The notes below the pieces were generated by a model. It made no database searches. It was not told the DNA's origin and was given only the letters and a program-made list of their open reading frames with translations. This document shows, in pieces, positions 9,110 through 20,038 of a stretch of 64,000 nucleotides of DNA. Position numbers and translations under genes: made by a program. Origin of the DNA: Minisyncoccota bacterium. Its GTDB lineage: Bacteria; Patescibacteriota; Minisyncoccia; Phycocordibacterales; UBA5272. The stretch spans positions 691,702 through 755,701 of the forward strand of contig JBAZJW010000001.1 in the NCBI GenBank assembly GCA_041651055.1. The letters are read 5' to 3'. Numbering within the stretch: the first letter of the stretch is position 1; the number at the start of each line of letters is the position of its first letter.

Positions 9110-11026
9110 ATGAAATTCTCAAAAAGCTGGCTGCAAGACTATAGTAAAGAACCTCTTCCTGAAGTAAAAAAACTTGAGGAGATTGTGACGTTCAACGCCT
9201 TTGAAATTGAAGAGGTGACGAAATTCGGTGATGATGACATTTTGGATATTAAAGTTTTGCCGAATCGGGCACATGATGCGCTTGGTCACAGAGGAATGGC
9301 GCGGGATATTACCGCATTACTTGGAAATACGTTTATTGACCCAAATGAATTTTATCAGGCAGAAGGAGATGCTTCTGTTGCTGCACCTCTCATTACCATT
9401 GTGGATGCGAAAGCGTGTACGCGATTTATGAGTGTGCGTATCGATGGTGTGCGTGTCACAGAGTCCCCAGAATGGTTAAAGGTACGACTTCAATCAATTG
9501 GACAGAAAAGTATTAACTCAATTGTAGATATCACTAATTACGTGCAGTTTGCTATCAATAAACCAATGCATGCATACGATTCTACGTTGCTCGCCGGTAA
9601 CACACTCTCTGCACGTTTCGCCCATATAGGGGAGACACTGACAACGCTTGATGATAAGGATCTCACGCTTGATGAGGATACGCTTGTGATTGCGGACACT
9701 GAAAAGCCACTCGGGCTTGCGGGAATAAAAGGTGGGAAGTTTTCTGGCATCAGTGCTGCGACGACGTCGATTGTTATTGAGTCCGCAAACTTTAATCCGA
9801 CACGTATCAGAAAGACTGCACAGAAGTATGGTATACGTACAGATGCTTCGAAGCGTTTTGAAAATGAAATAAGTGACACGCTTGTAGAGGACGGTCTTCG
9901 TATGACTATCTCGCTTGTGCAAAAATTAAATGAAGGCGTGCGTGTGAGTGCTATCGTTGATGTGTATCCTTCGCCGACTGTCATCGCAACTGTTTCCGTA
10001 CCACTTTCTCATATCAATGGCGCACTTGGAACAACGTATAACGGTGAAGATATTGAAAAAGTTTTTACTGCACTTGGTTTTGTTTATACAACAACCGGAG
10101 AAAATTACAGTGTTACTGTACCGTCTGAGCGTCTCGATATTCGCATCAAAGAAGATTTGATCGAAGAGGTTGCTCGTGTGAAAGGTCTGTCGTCTATTGT
10201 GGGTGTGCTCCCTATGCTTAATCGCACAGGGCTTCCACATAAGCGTTTGTACTATGAAAACAAAGTGAAGAATATTTTGTATGCGAATGGATTTTCGGAA
10301 ATCATGACGTACTCGTTTGGTGACGTAGGTGAAGTAGAAATAGTGAAAGGTCTTGCAACCGATAAAGAAAAGTTGCGTAGCGCACTTGCAAGCGGCGTGG
10401 AGAGGGCCTTTCACATGAACATGTTGAATGCTCCGTTGCTCAACATTCAAACCGTAAAGATGTACGAATTCGGAAATGTGTTTACAAAAATAACAGAGCG
10501 TAGACACCTCGCCCTTGTGATTGATGACGGGAAAAAGAAATCATCCTTCACCGATGAAGTCGATACGATTCTTTCACAGATTAAACGTGACCTTGGTGTG
10601 GCCACAATAGAATACGAAACCGTGAGCGCTAAGCCGTATGTCATTGAACTTGATTTTGATACACTGATAGCAACGCTTCCCGAGCCGACATCTTATGAAT
10701 CGCTTACACGCTCTCAAAATTCAATTGCTTACACACCAATCTCTCCTTATCCGTTTATCGTCCGTGATATTGCTGTGTGGGTTCCTGCTTCTGTCACATG
10801 GGAAGACCTCCATACTCTCGCTCTACAAATTGATTCTCCTCTCATCATTCGTATTGATTGTTTTGATACCTTCTCGAAAACAGCGGAAGATGGAAGCGTA
10901 AAAACATCCTTTGCATTTCGTTTCGTTTTGCAGTCAAAAGAAAGAACGCTTACCGACGAAGAGGCGAATGCTGTTGCGGAGAAGATGTACACAATCCTTA
11001 AGGAGAAGGGATACGAAATTCGCTAG
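9110..11026 (+). CDS. pheT: Phenylalanine--tRNA ligase beta subunit (shortened, 638 aa)
   Basis: Starts 3 nt after pheS; B3/B4 and B5 region similarity; C-terminal anticodon-binding-like domain. Confidence 0.85.
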   Translation: MKFSKSWLQDYSKEPLPEVKKLEEIVTFNAFEIEEVTKFGDDDILDIKVLPNRAHDALGHRGMARDITALLGNTFIDPNEFYQAEGDASVAAPLITIVDAKACTRFMSVRIDGVRVTESPEWLKVRLQSIGQKSINSIVDITNYVQFAINKPMHAYDSTLLAGNTLSARFAHIGETLTTLDDKDLTLDEDTLVIADTEKPLGLAGIKGGKFSGISAATTSIVIESANFNPTRIRKTAQKYGIRTDASKRFENEISDTLVEDGLRMTISLVQKLNEGVRVSAIVDVYPSPTVIATVSVPLSHINGALGTTYNGEDIEKVFTALGFVYTTTGENYSVTVPSERLDIRIKEDLIEEVARVKGLSSIVGVLPMLNRTGLPHKRLYYENKVKNILYANGFSEIMTYSFGDVGEVEIVKGLATDKEKLRSALASGVERAFHMNMLNAPLLNIQTVKMYEFGNVFTKITERRHLALVIDDGKKKSSFTDEVDTILSQIKRDLGVATIEYETVSAKPYVIELDFDTLIATLPEPTSYESLTRSQNSIAYTPISPYPFIVRDIAVWVPASVTWEDLHTLALQIDSPLIIRIDCFDTFSKTAEDGSVKTSFAFRFVLQSKERTLTDEEANAVAEKMYTILKEKGYEIR

Positions 11027-11032
11027 ACATAT

Positions 11033-11554
11033 ATGAAATTAATTATTGTTCCGGGTAACTCTTTGATGCACAAGGAATGGTCTTTAAAAGCCAAGGAAGT
11101 GCTTAGTGAATTTTTTGATGAGGTACACGTACTCTTTTATTCTCATTGGGAAACAGAAGGCTCTGTTTTGGATTTTGATGTGGAGCTAGACAAGCTCGTT
11201 TCTCTTACAAAAAACATAGGGGAGTATATGGTCTTCGCAAAATCTGCAGGTTCTCTTCTTACAATGAGAGGCGTACATGAGGGAGTGATTGATCCTAAAA
11301 AATGTTTTTTCCTAGGCGTTCCTTTTGTGTGGGCGCATAAAAATAATTTTCCAGTTGAATATTGGGTAAAGAATTTTTCTATACCAACACGTATTATTCA
11401 ACAGGAATTTGATCGTACATGTTCTGCTCTAGAGTTAGAGAAGTTTCTCAAAGAATATGCTATTTCAAATTACACCATGAAAGTTATTCCTGGAGAGGAT
11501 CATTATTATTCAGACTGGGAAGATATAACAAGAGAAGTTGGTCTATTGCTGTAG
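11033..11554 (+). CDS. Putative alpha/beta-fold serine hydrolase (YdeN/RBBP9-like)
   Basis: 173 aa; IIVPG..HKEW N-terminus and FAKSAGS nucleophile-elbow-like motif. Confidence 0.4.
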   Translation: MKLIIVPGNSLMHKEWSLKAKEVLSEFFDEVHVLFYSHWETEGSVLDFDVELDKLVSLTKNIGEYMVFAKSAGSLLTMRGVHEGVIDPKKCFFLGVPFVWAHKNNFPVEYWVKNFSIPTRIIQQEFDRTCSALELEKFLKEYAISNYTMKVIPGEDHYYSDWEDITREVGLLL

Positions 11555-11579
11555 ATCTGAACCAAGCAGGAGTTCTGCT

Positions 11580-12239
11580 TTAATTAAACATTCTGGGGAC
11601 GTGATTTGAATCCATCTCGCTGCTTTTTAGTACGTGTACAGGAATATCTTGTGCCATGCCGACAATGGTGTGAGGAAGACCAAATTCTGTATCAGATACA
11701 CGGACAAGAGGATAGGAAAAGTAGTCTTTTGAAATCACGCATGCGCCGGTGTTGATGAGTGATGAAGGAAATCCCGTTTGTGATTGACCCTCATTGAGAC
11801 CAAAAAGTAGCCCATCTTTTTCGACGACTTGACCTTTTTTCTGTAGACCAGTTTCACCTTCATCAAATACGAGCATTGCATTGTCGTGTGCTATGAGTTT
11901 TTCTAAGTCACTGTTTTCGTAAATATCATCTCCCATAAGTATGAGAGCTTTTTCTTGTACGTATTCCTTGCAGAGAGCGATGGCTCCACCTGTACCGTTT
12001 AGTTCATCTTGAATGATGTATGTGACAGGGATGGTGTTCCACGAAGAACCGAAGTAGTCCATAATGATTTCTTTTTTATAGCCGACTACAAAAATGATTT
12101 CGGAAACTTCTTTCGGAAGCGCTTCTAATTTCCATTCGAGGAGGTTTTTATTCAAGACACTAAGCATGGGCTTGGGTGTGTTTTCTGTGAGTGTTCCCAT
12201 GCGTACACCACGGCCTGAGGCCAAAATAATTGCGAGCAT
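11580..12239 (-). CDS. Sugar-phosphate nucleotidyltransferase (NTP-transferase family)
   Basis: N-terminal LAIILASGRGVRMG signature of nucleotidyltransferases. Confidence 0.7.
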   Translation of the reverse strand: MLAIILASGRGVRMGTLTENTPKPMLSVLNKNLLEWKLEALPKEVSEIIFVVGYKKEIIMDYFGSSWNTIPVTYIIQDELNGTGGAIALCKEYVQEKALILMGDDIYENSDLEKLIAHDNAMLVFDEGETGLQKKGQVVEKDGLLFGLNEGQSQTGFPSSLINTGACVISKDYFSYPLVRVSDTEFGLPHTIVGMAQDIPVHVLKSSEMDSNHVPRMFN

Positions 12240-12303
12240 CTCTTGATAGTATCAAAAAGTTGCACATAATGAAAACAGAATTGCGGTGTGGTAGTATAGG
12301 GAT

Positions 12304-13569
12304 ATGAAAGTCTATTGTATAGGAATTGGAGGCATCGGCCTCTCAGCGCTCGCCAGATATTACAAGCACAAAGGGTATGATGTGTCTGGGTCTGATTCGG
12401 CAGAATCAGACATCGACAGTGCACTTCGTAAAGAAGGCATCGATGTCGCGATTGGACATAATGGTGACCATATCACAGATGATATAGATTTGGTGGTCTA
12501 CACTATCGCCATTTCAATCGACAATGTCGAGTATGTTCGTGCACAAGAGCTCGGCATTACGTGTATGAGTTATCCAGAAGCGCTTGGTGAAATTACAAAA
12601 GAAAAGACCACCATTGCTGTGTCGGGTACACACGGGAAGACGACAACAACGGCGATGATGTATTATGCGCTCAGGGCTTGCGGTATCAATCCGACGGTTA
12701 TTGTTGGCAGCCTTCTTGCAGACGGTGGTACTAATTTTATTGCCGGAGACAGTGATTATATGGTAGTGGAAGCGTGTGAGTACAGGCGTTCATTTCTCAA
12801 TCTTCATCCGACGCATATTATTGTGACAAATATTGATGCAGATCATTTGGATTATTACAAAGATCTCGAAGATATTCACACAGCCTTCCAGTCGTTTGCA
12901 GAAAAGTTGGAAGGTAAAGGGTTGCTCGTCGCTCACAGTAATGTTTCTTTGAATACTGATGGAAAGAAAGTGGATGCCGATTGTGTCGATAAAAAAAGTA
13001 TCACGCTCAGTGTTCTTGGTGAACACAATCAAGAAAATGCACAGCTTGTCCTTGCTCTCACAAACGCTCTTGGGTTAGATGAGGAAAAGGCACGAAAAGG
13101 ACTCCTCCTCTTTCCTGGTACATGGCGTAGACTTGAGTACAAAGGTGTCACAGAGCATGGCGTGGCGGTATACGATGACTATGGACATCATCCTACCGAA
13201 ATACATGCGACACTCGCCGCCCTTCGTCAAAAGTATCCCAAAGGGGACTACAAGCTTCATGTATTTTTTCAGCCACATTTGCATTCACGCACGAAGGCTT
13301 TTTTTGATGAGTTCGGTGAAGTGTTGAAAGAAGCTGATTATGTTTCTCTTATGCCAATTTACAAAGCGCGACTTGAAACAGACACCTCTGTGTCGTCAGA
13401 GGATCTTCGGGATCTCATTATTCTAAAAGGCGGACAAGCAGAAAGCTTGCCCTCTATTGCTGATATGCCTTCGCACATTATAGCTATTACTGATGCCAAA
13501 ACTGTGGTGGTGAATGTTGGTGCTGGAGATGCATTTGCAGGGCTTAACGCAATACATCTCACCAAATAA
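12304..13569 (+). CDS. murC: UDP-N-acetylmuramate--L-alanine ligase
   Basis: VYCIGIGGIGLSALARY N-terminus and GTHGKTTTTAM P-loop typical of MurC. Confidence 0.85.
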   Translation: MKVYCIGIGGIGLSALARYYKHKGYDVSGSDSAESDIDSALRKEGIDVAIGHNGDHITDDIDLVVYTIAISIDNVEYVRAQELGITCMSYPEALGEITKEKTTIAVSGTHGKTTTTAMMYYALRACGINPTVIVGSLLADGGTNFIAGDSDYMVVEACEYRRSFLNLHPTHIIVTNIDADHLDYYKDLEDIHTAFQSFAEKLEGKGLLVAHSNVSLNTDGKKVDADCVDKKSITLSVLGEHNQENAQLVLALTNALGLDEEKARKGLLLFPGTWRRLEYKGVTEHGVAVYDDYGHHPTEIHATLAALRQKYPKGDYKLHVFFQPHLHSRTKAFFDEFGEVLKEADYVSLMPIYKARLETDTSVSSEDLRDLIILKGGQAESLPSIADMPSHIIAITDAKTVVVNVGAGDAFAGLNAIHLTK

Positions 13570-13570
13570 T

Positions 13571-14896
13571 ATGAAGCGCGAAATTTACCTCCCATATTTT
13601 GAAAATAAAAAAGTGACCGTCATGGGGCTTGGCCTTCTTGGCCGCGGCATAGGAGATACTGCGTTTCTTGCACAAGCGGGAGCGGAAATTATTGTTACAG
13701 ATAAGAAAACAAAAGAACAGTTGGAAGAATCTCTCGAAGCGCTCAAGGAATGTGCGGATATAACGTATGTATTAGGTGAACACAGAATGGAGGATTTTGA
13801 AAACAGAGATTTTATTATGGAAGCTGCCGGTGTGCCACTTGATAGTGAGTTCATTATGCATGCAAAGGAGAATCATATACCTGTGTATATGTCAGCAGCA
13901 CTTGTATGTGACATTGTCATGAAGAATATTCCTGAGGTAGTGATTATCGGTGTGACAGGAACGAGAGGAAAAAGTACAACCACACAAATGATTGCACATA
14001 TATTGCGAGAGAATGGATCGCGGGTGCACCTCGGTGGTAATGTTCGCGGTGTTGCCAATCTTCCGTTACTTGATGCTATTGATGACGGAGATTTTCTTGT
14101 GCTTGAACTTGATAGTTGGCAGTTACAAGGTTTTGGAGAAATGAAAATCAGTCCACATATCGCAGTGTTTACGAGTTTCTTGGATGATCACATGAATTAT
14201 TACAAGAATGATAAAGAAGCATACTTCAGTGACAAGGCGAATGTGTACCGTAATCAACATTCTGGAGATGTGTTCATTGCAAGCGCACAAGCAAGTAGTG
14301 AAATTATTATGCGGGGAGAACGAGTTGCTATTTCTGTTCCAGAAAATATTCATTTTGAAATGAAATTAATCGGGGAACATAATCAGGTTGCGGCAGGGTT
14401 GGCATACGAAGTGGCCACTCAGTGTGGATTAGATGATGAAAGTATTCGTGCAGCAATTGCGACATTTTCTGCTGTGGATGGACGGTTGGAAGATCTGGGT
14501 GTCTTTAGAGGGGTTCGTGTTTTTAATGACAATAATGCCACAACACCAGATGCTACTATTGCAGGAATAAAAGCTATCAACGAAACCTATCATGTAAAAC
14601 CTATTCTTATTATGGGCGGTTCAGATAAAGGACTTCCTCTTGAAGATTTGGAGCATGTAGTGCAAGAAGATACGAAGGCGTGTGTGTTGCTCGCTGGGAC
14701 GGGTACAGATACATTATCTCTATCGAAAGATATTGTCTGCGAGACGCTTTCTGAATGTGTTGCCAAAGCCTTCAGTCTCGCTAAAGAGGGTGATGTTATT
14801 CTTTTCAGCCCAGCATTTGCTTCGTTCTCAAAGTATTTTAATAATGAATATGAGAAGAATGATACGTTTGTAAAAGAGGTACAAAAATACGTCTAA
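13571..14896 (+). CDS. murD: UDP-N-acetylmuramoylalanine--D-glutamate ligase
   Basis: VTGTRGKSTTTQM P-loop, Mur ligase architecture. Start moved to ATG 13571, 1 nt after the murC stop. The ORF-track start at 13514 would overlap murC. Confidence 0.8.
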   Translation: MKREIYLPYFENKKVTVMGLGLLGRGIGDTAFLAQAGAEIIVTDKKTKEQLEESLEALKECADITYVLGEHRMEDFENRDFIMEAAGVPLDSEFIMHAKENHIPVYMSAALVCDIVMKNIPEVVIIGVTGTRGKSTTTQMIAHILRENGSRVHLGGNVRGVANLPLLDAIDDGDFLVLELDSWQLQGFGEMKISPHIAVFTSFLDDHMNYYKNDKEAYFSDKANVYRNQHSGDVFIASAQASSEIIMRGERVAISVPENIHFEMKLIGEHNQVAAGLAYEVATQCGLDDESIRAAIATFSAVDGRLEDLGVFRGVRVFNDNNATTPDATIAGIKAINETYHVKPILIMGGSDKGLPLEDLEHVVQEDTKACVLLAGTGTDTLSLSKDIVCETLSECVAKAFSLAKEGDVILFSPAFASFSKYFNNEYEKNDTFVKEVQKYV

Positions 14897-14956
14897 AAAC
14901 CCTTGAAGATAAAGGTTAAAATGGTGACTTTTCCCCTTTATTTTTGATTGTAAAAA

Positions 14957-14965
14957 TGGTATAAT
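14957..14965 (+). promoter_or_regulatory. Extended -10 promoter element TGgTATAAT upstream of gyrB
   Basis: TGGTATAAT 25 nt upstream of the gyrB ATG; weak TTTATT -35 at 17-nt spacing. Confidence 0.45.
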
Positions 14966-14977
14966 TGAAGGACTTAA

Positions 14978-17065
<2,088 letters not shown>

Positions 17066-17254
17066 TTCGTCTAAAATAACCCATCTACTTTGTTGTGTTC
17101 GTCGCTCGCTCGTCAACGTACTCTTTCGTACGTCTCCTCGCTCGCTTCTCCACGCCGCGTAGCTGAGTCATTTTATACAAACTAGGGACCCCTGAATCCT
17201 GTGTCTCGCTTCTAAAACAATTTCTGACTTAGCTGGGTATCGTTGAAACTATTT

Positions 17255-17290
17255 TTAATTAAAAAAAGCGCCCATTTGCACGGGCGCTTG
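17255..17290 (-). terminator. Rho-independent terminator of the minus-strand gene 17305..17709
   Basis: Hairpin AGCGCCC-GTGCAAAT-GGGCGCT followed by T7 on the minus strand. Confidence 0.6.
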
Positions 17291-17304
17291 AAGGCGAGTC
17301 TTCT

Positions 17305-17709
17305 TTATTCCGAGGCGAGGATCTTGCCAATTCTTTTTTGATATTTCTCTACACGGGCCAAAAGTTTTTTACTCCCACCCGAGTTTAAACGTAAATAATC
17401 CATGGCAATTTTCACATCTTTCATTTGTGCTTTTTGCCAGGATGGATATATGCTTTTTGCGTGCTCAATCATCCACTGCTCCGTTTCATCTCCGATTCTT
17501 GTTCGGGCTGCAACAAGCTGTTGTGGATCAAATGGTGCCAGCACCTTGTCCAAGAGCTTAAGACACAGAATCATTTTTTCTGCCTTCTCTTTCCGCTTTG
17601 CTATAAATTTTGACACATACGACACACCCTCTAAAACGCAAAGGAAGAGAAGGGCAAGGATTGAAAGAACTACAACGACCGGATCGAATTGTATTAAACT
17701 TGTGTTCAC
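17305..17709 (-). CDS. Hypothetical membrane-anchored protein
   Basis: 134 aa, N-terminal TM helix, no known motif. Confidence 0.4.
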   Translation of the reverse strand: MNTSLIQFDPVVVVLSILALLFLCVLEGVSYVSKFIAKRKEKAEKMILCLKLLDKVLAPFDPQQLVAARTRIGDETEQWMIEHAKSIYPSWQKAQMKDVKIAMDYLRLNSGGSKKLLARVEKYQKRIGKILASE

Positions 17710-17829
17710 GATGAAACTCCTCTGGTTGGTTTATTTGAAACTACCACAATCGCTTAACATCGTCAACTGAACACTTTTACTTTTGTCTCTCATTGTAGTA
17801 GAGTGGTGGAGGATTTCTTTAACCCTCTA

Positions 17830-18545
17830 AAGGAGTAGAAAGTGACAATAATAGTTCTAGATAGTACAGGAGGCGAGGGTCTCAACGGGATTCTCATTGA
17901 AGTGTTGCCTGACACTCTCATCCTCACTCTCAGTACAGTCTTCCTTGATTCGTGGGGCGACGAACGAGATATTTGCCACCTTCTTGATGCTCTTGAGGGT
18001 GCGGCGGACGAGGTGCCGTGTGGCATTCGTTCCGATGGAAATAATCCAGTTAACCTTGTCATAGTGGACGATCGCCGTGAGCCCGTTCTTGGACTTGTCC
18101 AATCGCTTGCGCTAGGGCTTGGAGATCTTGGAGACTCCTCCGTTGGATTTATTTCGAAGAGACCAAGTCTCCATCCATACGGTCCACTAAAACATGGAAA
18201 GAAAGGAAAGGCAAAGAAATGGTGAAAACAATCTGTTCTTGTGGTGTATGCTGTGAACACCGGCCACCACAAACGTGCCGAATTTTGGCCGAACGTTCTG
18301 ACGAAGCAAGAAGAGGTGCGCTCCTTCAGCTTGGGGTTGAGTGCCACCTGCTGACCCTGTCAACTGAGATGGGGCAGCCTGTCATCCAGGCGACCCCTTC
18401 AGATCCCCATAACGGGGACTTCCACGATGAGGCTCTTCCTGCTTGGGGAGAGTCTGCCGTACCCGACATGCTCTGAAATATGTCCGTCCGTGAGCGCTTC
18501 AAGCTCAAATGCCTTCGAGACATCTCGTCGGCTTTTTTATTTGTA
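17830..18545 (+). other. GC-rich (~50%) 0.7 kb segment without credible CDS; candidate large structured ncRNA or decayed foreign gene, ending in a + strand terminator
   Basis: Only low-complexity Ser/Arg/Pro-rich or Leu/Asp/Gly-rich ORFs overlap on both strands; local stems (e.g. GGAGACT/AGTCTCC); terminator-like hairpin + T6 at about 18500..18545. Confidence 0.2.
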
Positions 18546-18548
18546 TCC

Positions 18549-18577
18549 TTGATATATAACGATTTTTATGGTATAAT
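18549..18577 (+). promoter_or_regulatory. Sigma70-type promoter TTGATA-N17-TATAAT with TGg extension; predicts a near-leaderless mRNA for the 18587 gene
   Basis: -35 18549..18554, -10 18572..18577; ATG at 18587, only about 9 nt after the -10. Confidence 0.6.
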
Positions 18578-18586
18578 GCACACCTC

Positions 18587-19105
18587 ATGAAATGGGTAAT
18601 TTTTACAGGGACATGGCGTCTCACGAATAAAGAAGTTGAGAATGATGTACGCCTCGCTGCAAGGCGGGTTTTTGAAAATGGTGATGGACTAGTCACGGGA
18701 GGTGCTACAGGAGTGGACTTTTTTGCCATGGATGAATTTGTAAAACTTAACCCAGAATGTACTCGTATACGTATTTTTATACCAGCACGACTACATCATT
18801 TTATTGATGACTATAAGAAAAACTGGAAGCATTTTCCAGTGTCAGATATGGACATCGAAAATCTCGATTATCTTTTACAATTGATTAAAGAGAGGAATCC
18901 AAGTGCTGTGTTTGAAGTGCGAAAAGACAGTGGAGACATCACACAGATAGAGTATGACCTACGTCACAATGAAGAAGTGACTTTTTCTGATGAAGTGTAT
19001 GCTTTCCACGTGAATTCAAGTACGGGCACTCACGATACTATTACCAAAGCACAAGCGGCAGGCCTTCCTGTGACATTGCATAAGAAATATATAATAGCGG
19101 AGTAG
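18587..19105 (+). CDS. Rossmann-fold SLOG/DprA-like (Smf-LOG superfamily) protein
   Basis: GLVTGGATGVDFFAMDEF resembles the DprA/LOG GxxxGxD nucleotide-binding motif; 172 aa; assignment tentative. Confidence 0.45.
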   Translation: MKWVIFTGTWRLTNKEVENDVRLAARRVFENGDGLVTGGATGVDFFAMDEFVKLNPECTRIRIFIPARLHHFIDDYKKNWKHFPVSDMDIENLDYLLQLIKERNPSAVFEVRKDSGDITQIEYDLRHNEEVTFSDEVYAFHVNSSTGTHDTITKAQAAGLPVTLHKKYIIAE

Positions 19106-19120
19106 GCGGTTTCCTTGTGA

Positions 19121-19149
19121 TTGACTCAACCTGTTTTTCGAGCTATAAT
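19121..19149 (+). promoter_or_regulatory. Consensus sigma70 promoter TTGACT-N17-TATAAT
   Basis: -35 19121..19126, -10 19144..19149, followed by AGGAG (19167..19171) and ATG 19177. Confidence 0.65.
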
Positions 19150-19176
19150 GACGACCTGTTCAAATTAGGAGACCCT

Positions 19177-19314
19177 ATGACCCCAGAAGTTCCGCCGACT
19201 CAGGTCGACAAACCCCTGGCTGAGCTGGTGGTTCAGGAGATACCACCGCACCAGCGCTCTCATCTGAACGATGAGAGAATTGCGCAAATGCAGATGCAGG
19301 CGCAACAACAATAG
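19177..19314 (+). CDS. Small protein (45 aa), unknown function, independently transcribed
   Basis: MTPEVPPTQVDKPLAELVVQEIPPHQRSHLNDERIAQMQMQAQQQ; consensus promoter, AGGAG RBS at 5-nt spacing, and terminator downstream. Confidence 0.45.
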   Translation: MTPEVPPTQVDKPLAELVVQEIPPHQRSHLNDERIAQMQMQAQQQ

Positions 19315-19336
19315 TCGCGGAGTAATCCACCGCGCA

Positions 19337-19366
19337 AGCCGCACCCTAAAAAGTGCGGCCTTTTTC
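19337..19366 (+). terminator. Rho-independent terminator
   Basis: GCCGCAC-CCTAAAAA-GTGCGGC followed by CTTTTTCTT. Confidence 0.6.
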
Positions 19367-19440
19367 TTGCATAGTTTTTCGAAAAAGCGTAGGATGAAAA
19401 CTGTTTTTACAACAATAGTTCTTTTTTAGAGAGGTTTTTT

Positions 19441-19971
19441 ATGTCAAATGTTTTGGCCAACGCAGACGCCGCCACGATGTTGTCCTTCCAAAAGGTGATT
19501 CTTATCGCCGGCGTATTCAATGATGCGCGTATCTCCGGCGCCGTTGAGGAAGAATTCATGATTCCCTCGCAGAGACTTCTCGTGAGAGCTTTTGCGGAAG
19601 TTCTCGGCGAAGAGTTTGTATTGTGTGAAGGTGAAATTCTAAATATCACACAAGATACAAACTTCCCACACGGCGCATCTGCTCAAATCCGCTTTGACTC
19701 AACCAGGAAGGTTGTAAACGTGAAGACGTCGAGGTATGAGCATTCATGGCTTTGCCTTCTGAAGTTCGATGTTTGGATAGACGTTACACCTCCCGGATCT
19801 GACCCGAGATGGCTTTCACCGGTGAAGTATTCCCCAGGTGGAGCTCGTCCAGCGTACAGAAAGTTGGACAAGAACAACGAAGCAACTAAGCCGAAGCAAA
19901 GTGACGTTCGCCGTCTTTCGCAGATACTCGATCATCTTTGGCAAGAGGCTATAGGTGAAGGTGTTGCATGA
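19441..19971 (+). CDS. Hypothetical protein (176 aa), GC-rich, ends in TGA
   Basis: No recognisable motif; followed by hairpin GCCGC-CCCCAAGGGA-GCGGC plus T6 at 19992..20019. Confidence 0.45.
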   Translation: MSNVLANADAATMLSFQKVILIAGVFNDARISGAVEEEFMIPSQRLLVRAFAEVLGEEFVLCEGEILNITQDTNFPHGASAQIRFDSTRKVVNVKTSRYEHSWLCLLKFDVWIDVTPPGSDPRWLSPVKYSPGGARPAYRKLDKNNEATKPKQSDVRRLSQILDHLWQEAIGEGVA

Positions 19972-20038
19972 CTTCTCACCTGATCGCAAAACGCCGCCCC
20001 CAAGGGAGCGGCATTTTTTATTCTTAACAGAGGAATTT

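Noticed and set aside
17790-18347. 185-aa minus ORF and overlapping 127-aa plus ORF as protein genes
   Set aside because: Ser/Arg/Pro-rich and Leu/Asp/Gly-rich low-complexity translations are typical of out-of-frame GC-rich DNA. Both strands are open, and there is no motif or plausible start context.
17830-18545. tmRNA or RNase P RNA in the GC-rich ORF-free segment
   Set aside because: No tRNA-like T-arm/acceptor pairing and no tag-peptide frame were found. RNase P RNA is located at 45222..45610. The segment is left as an unknown candidate.
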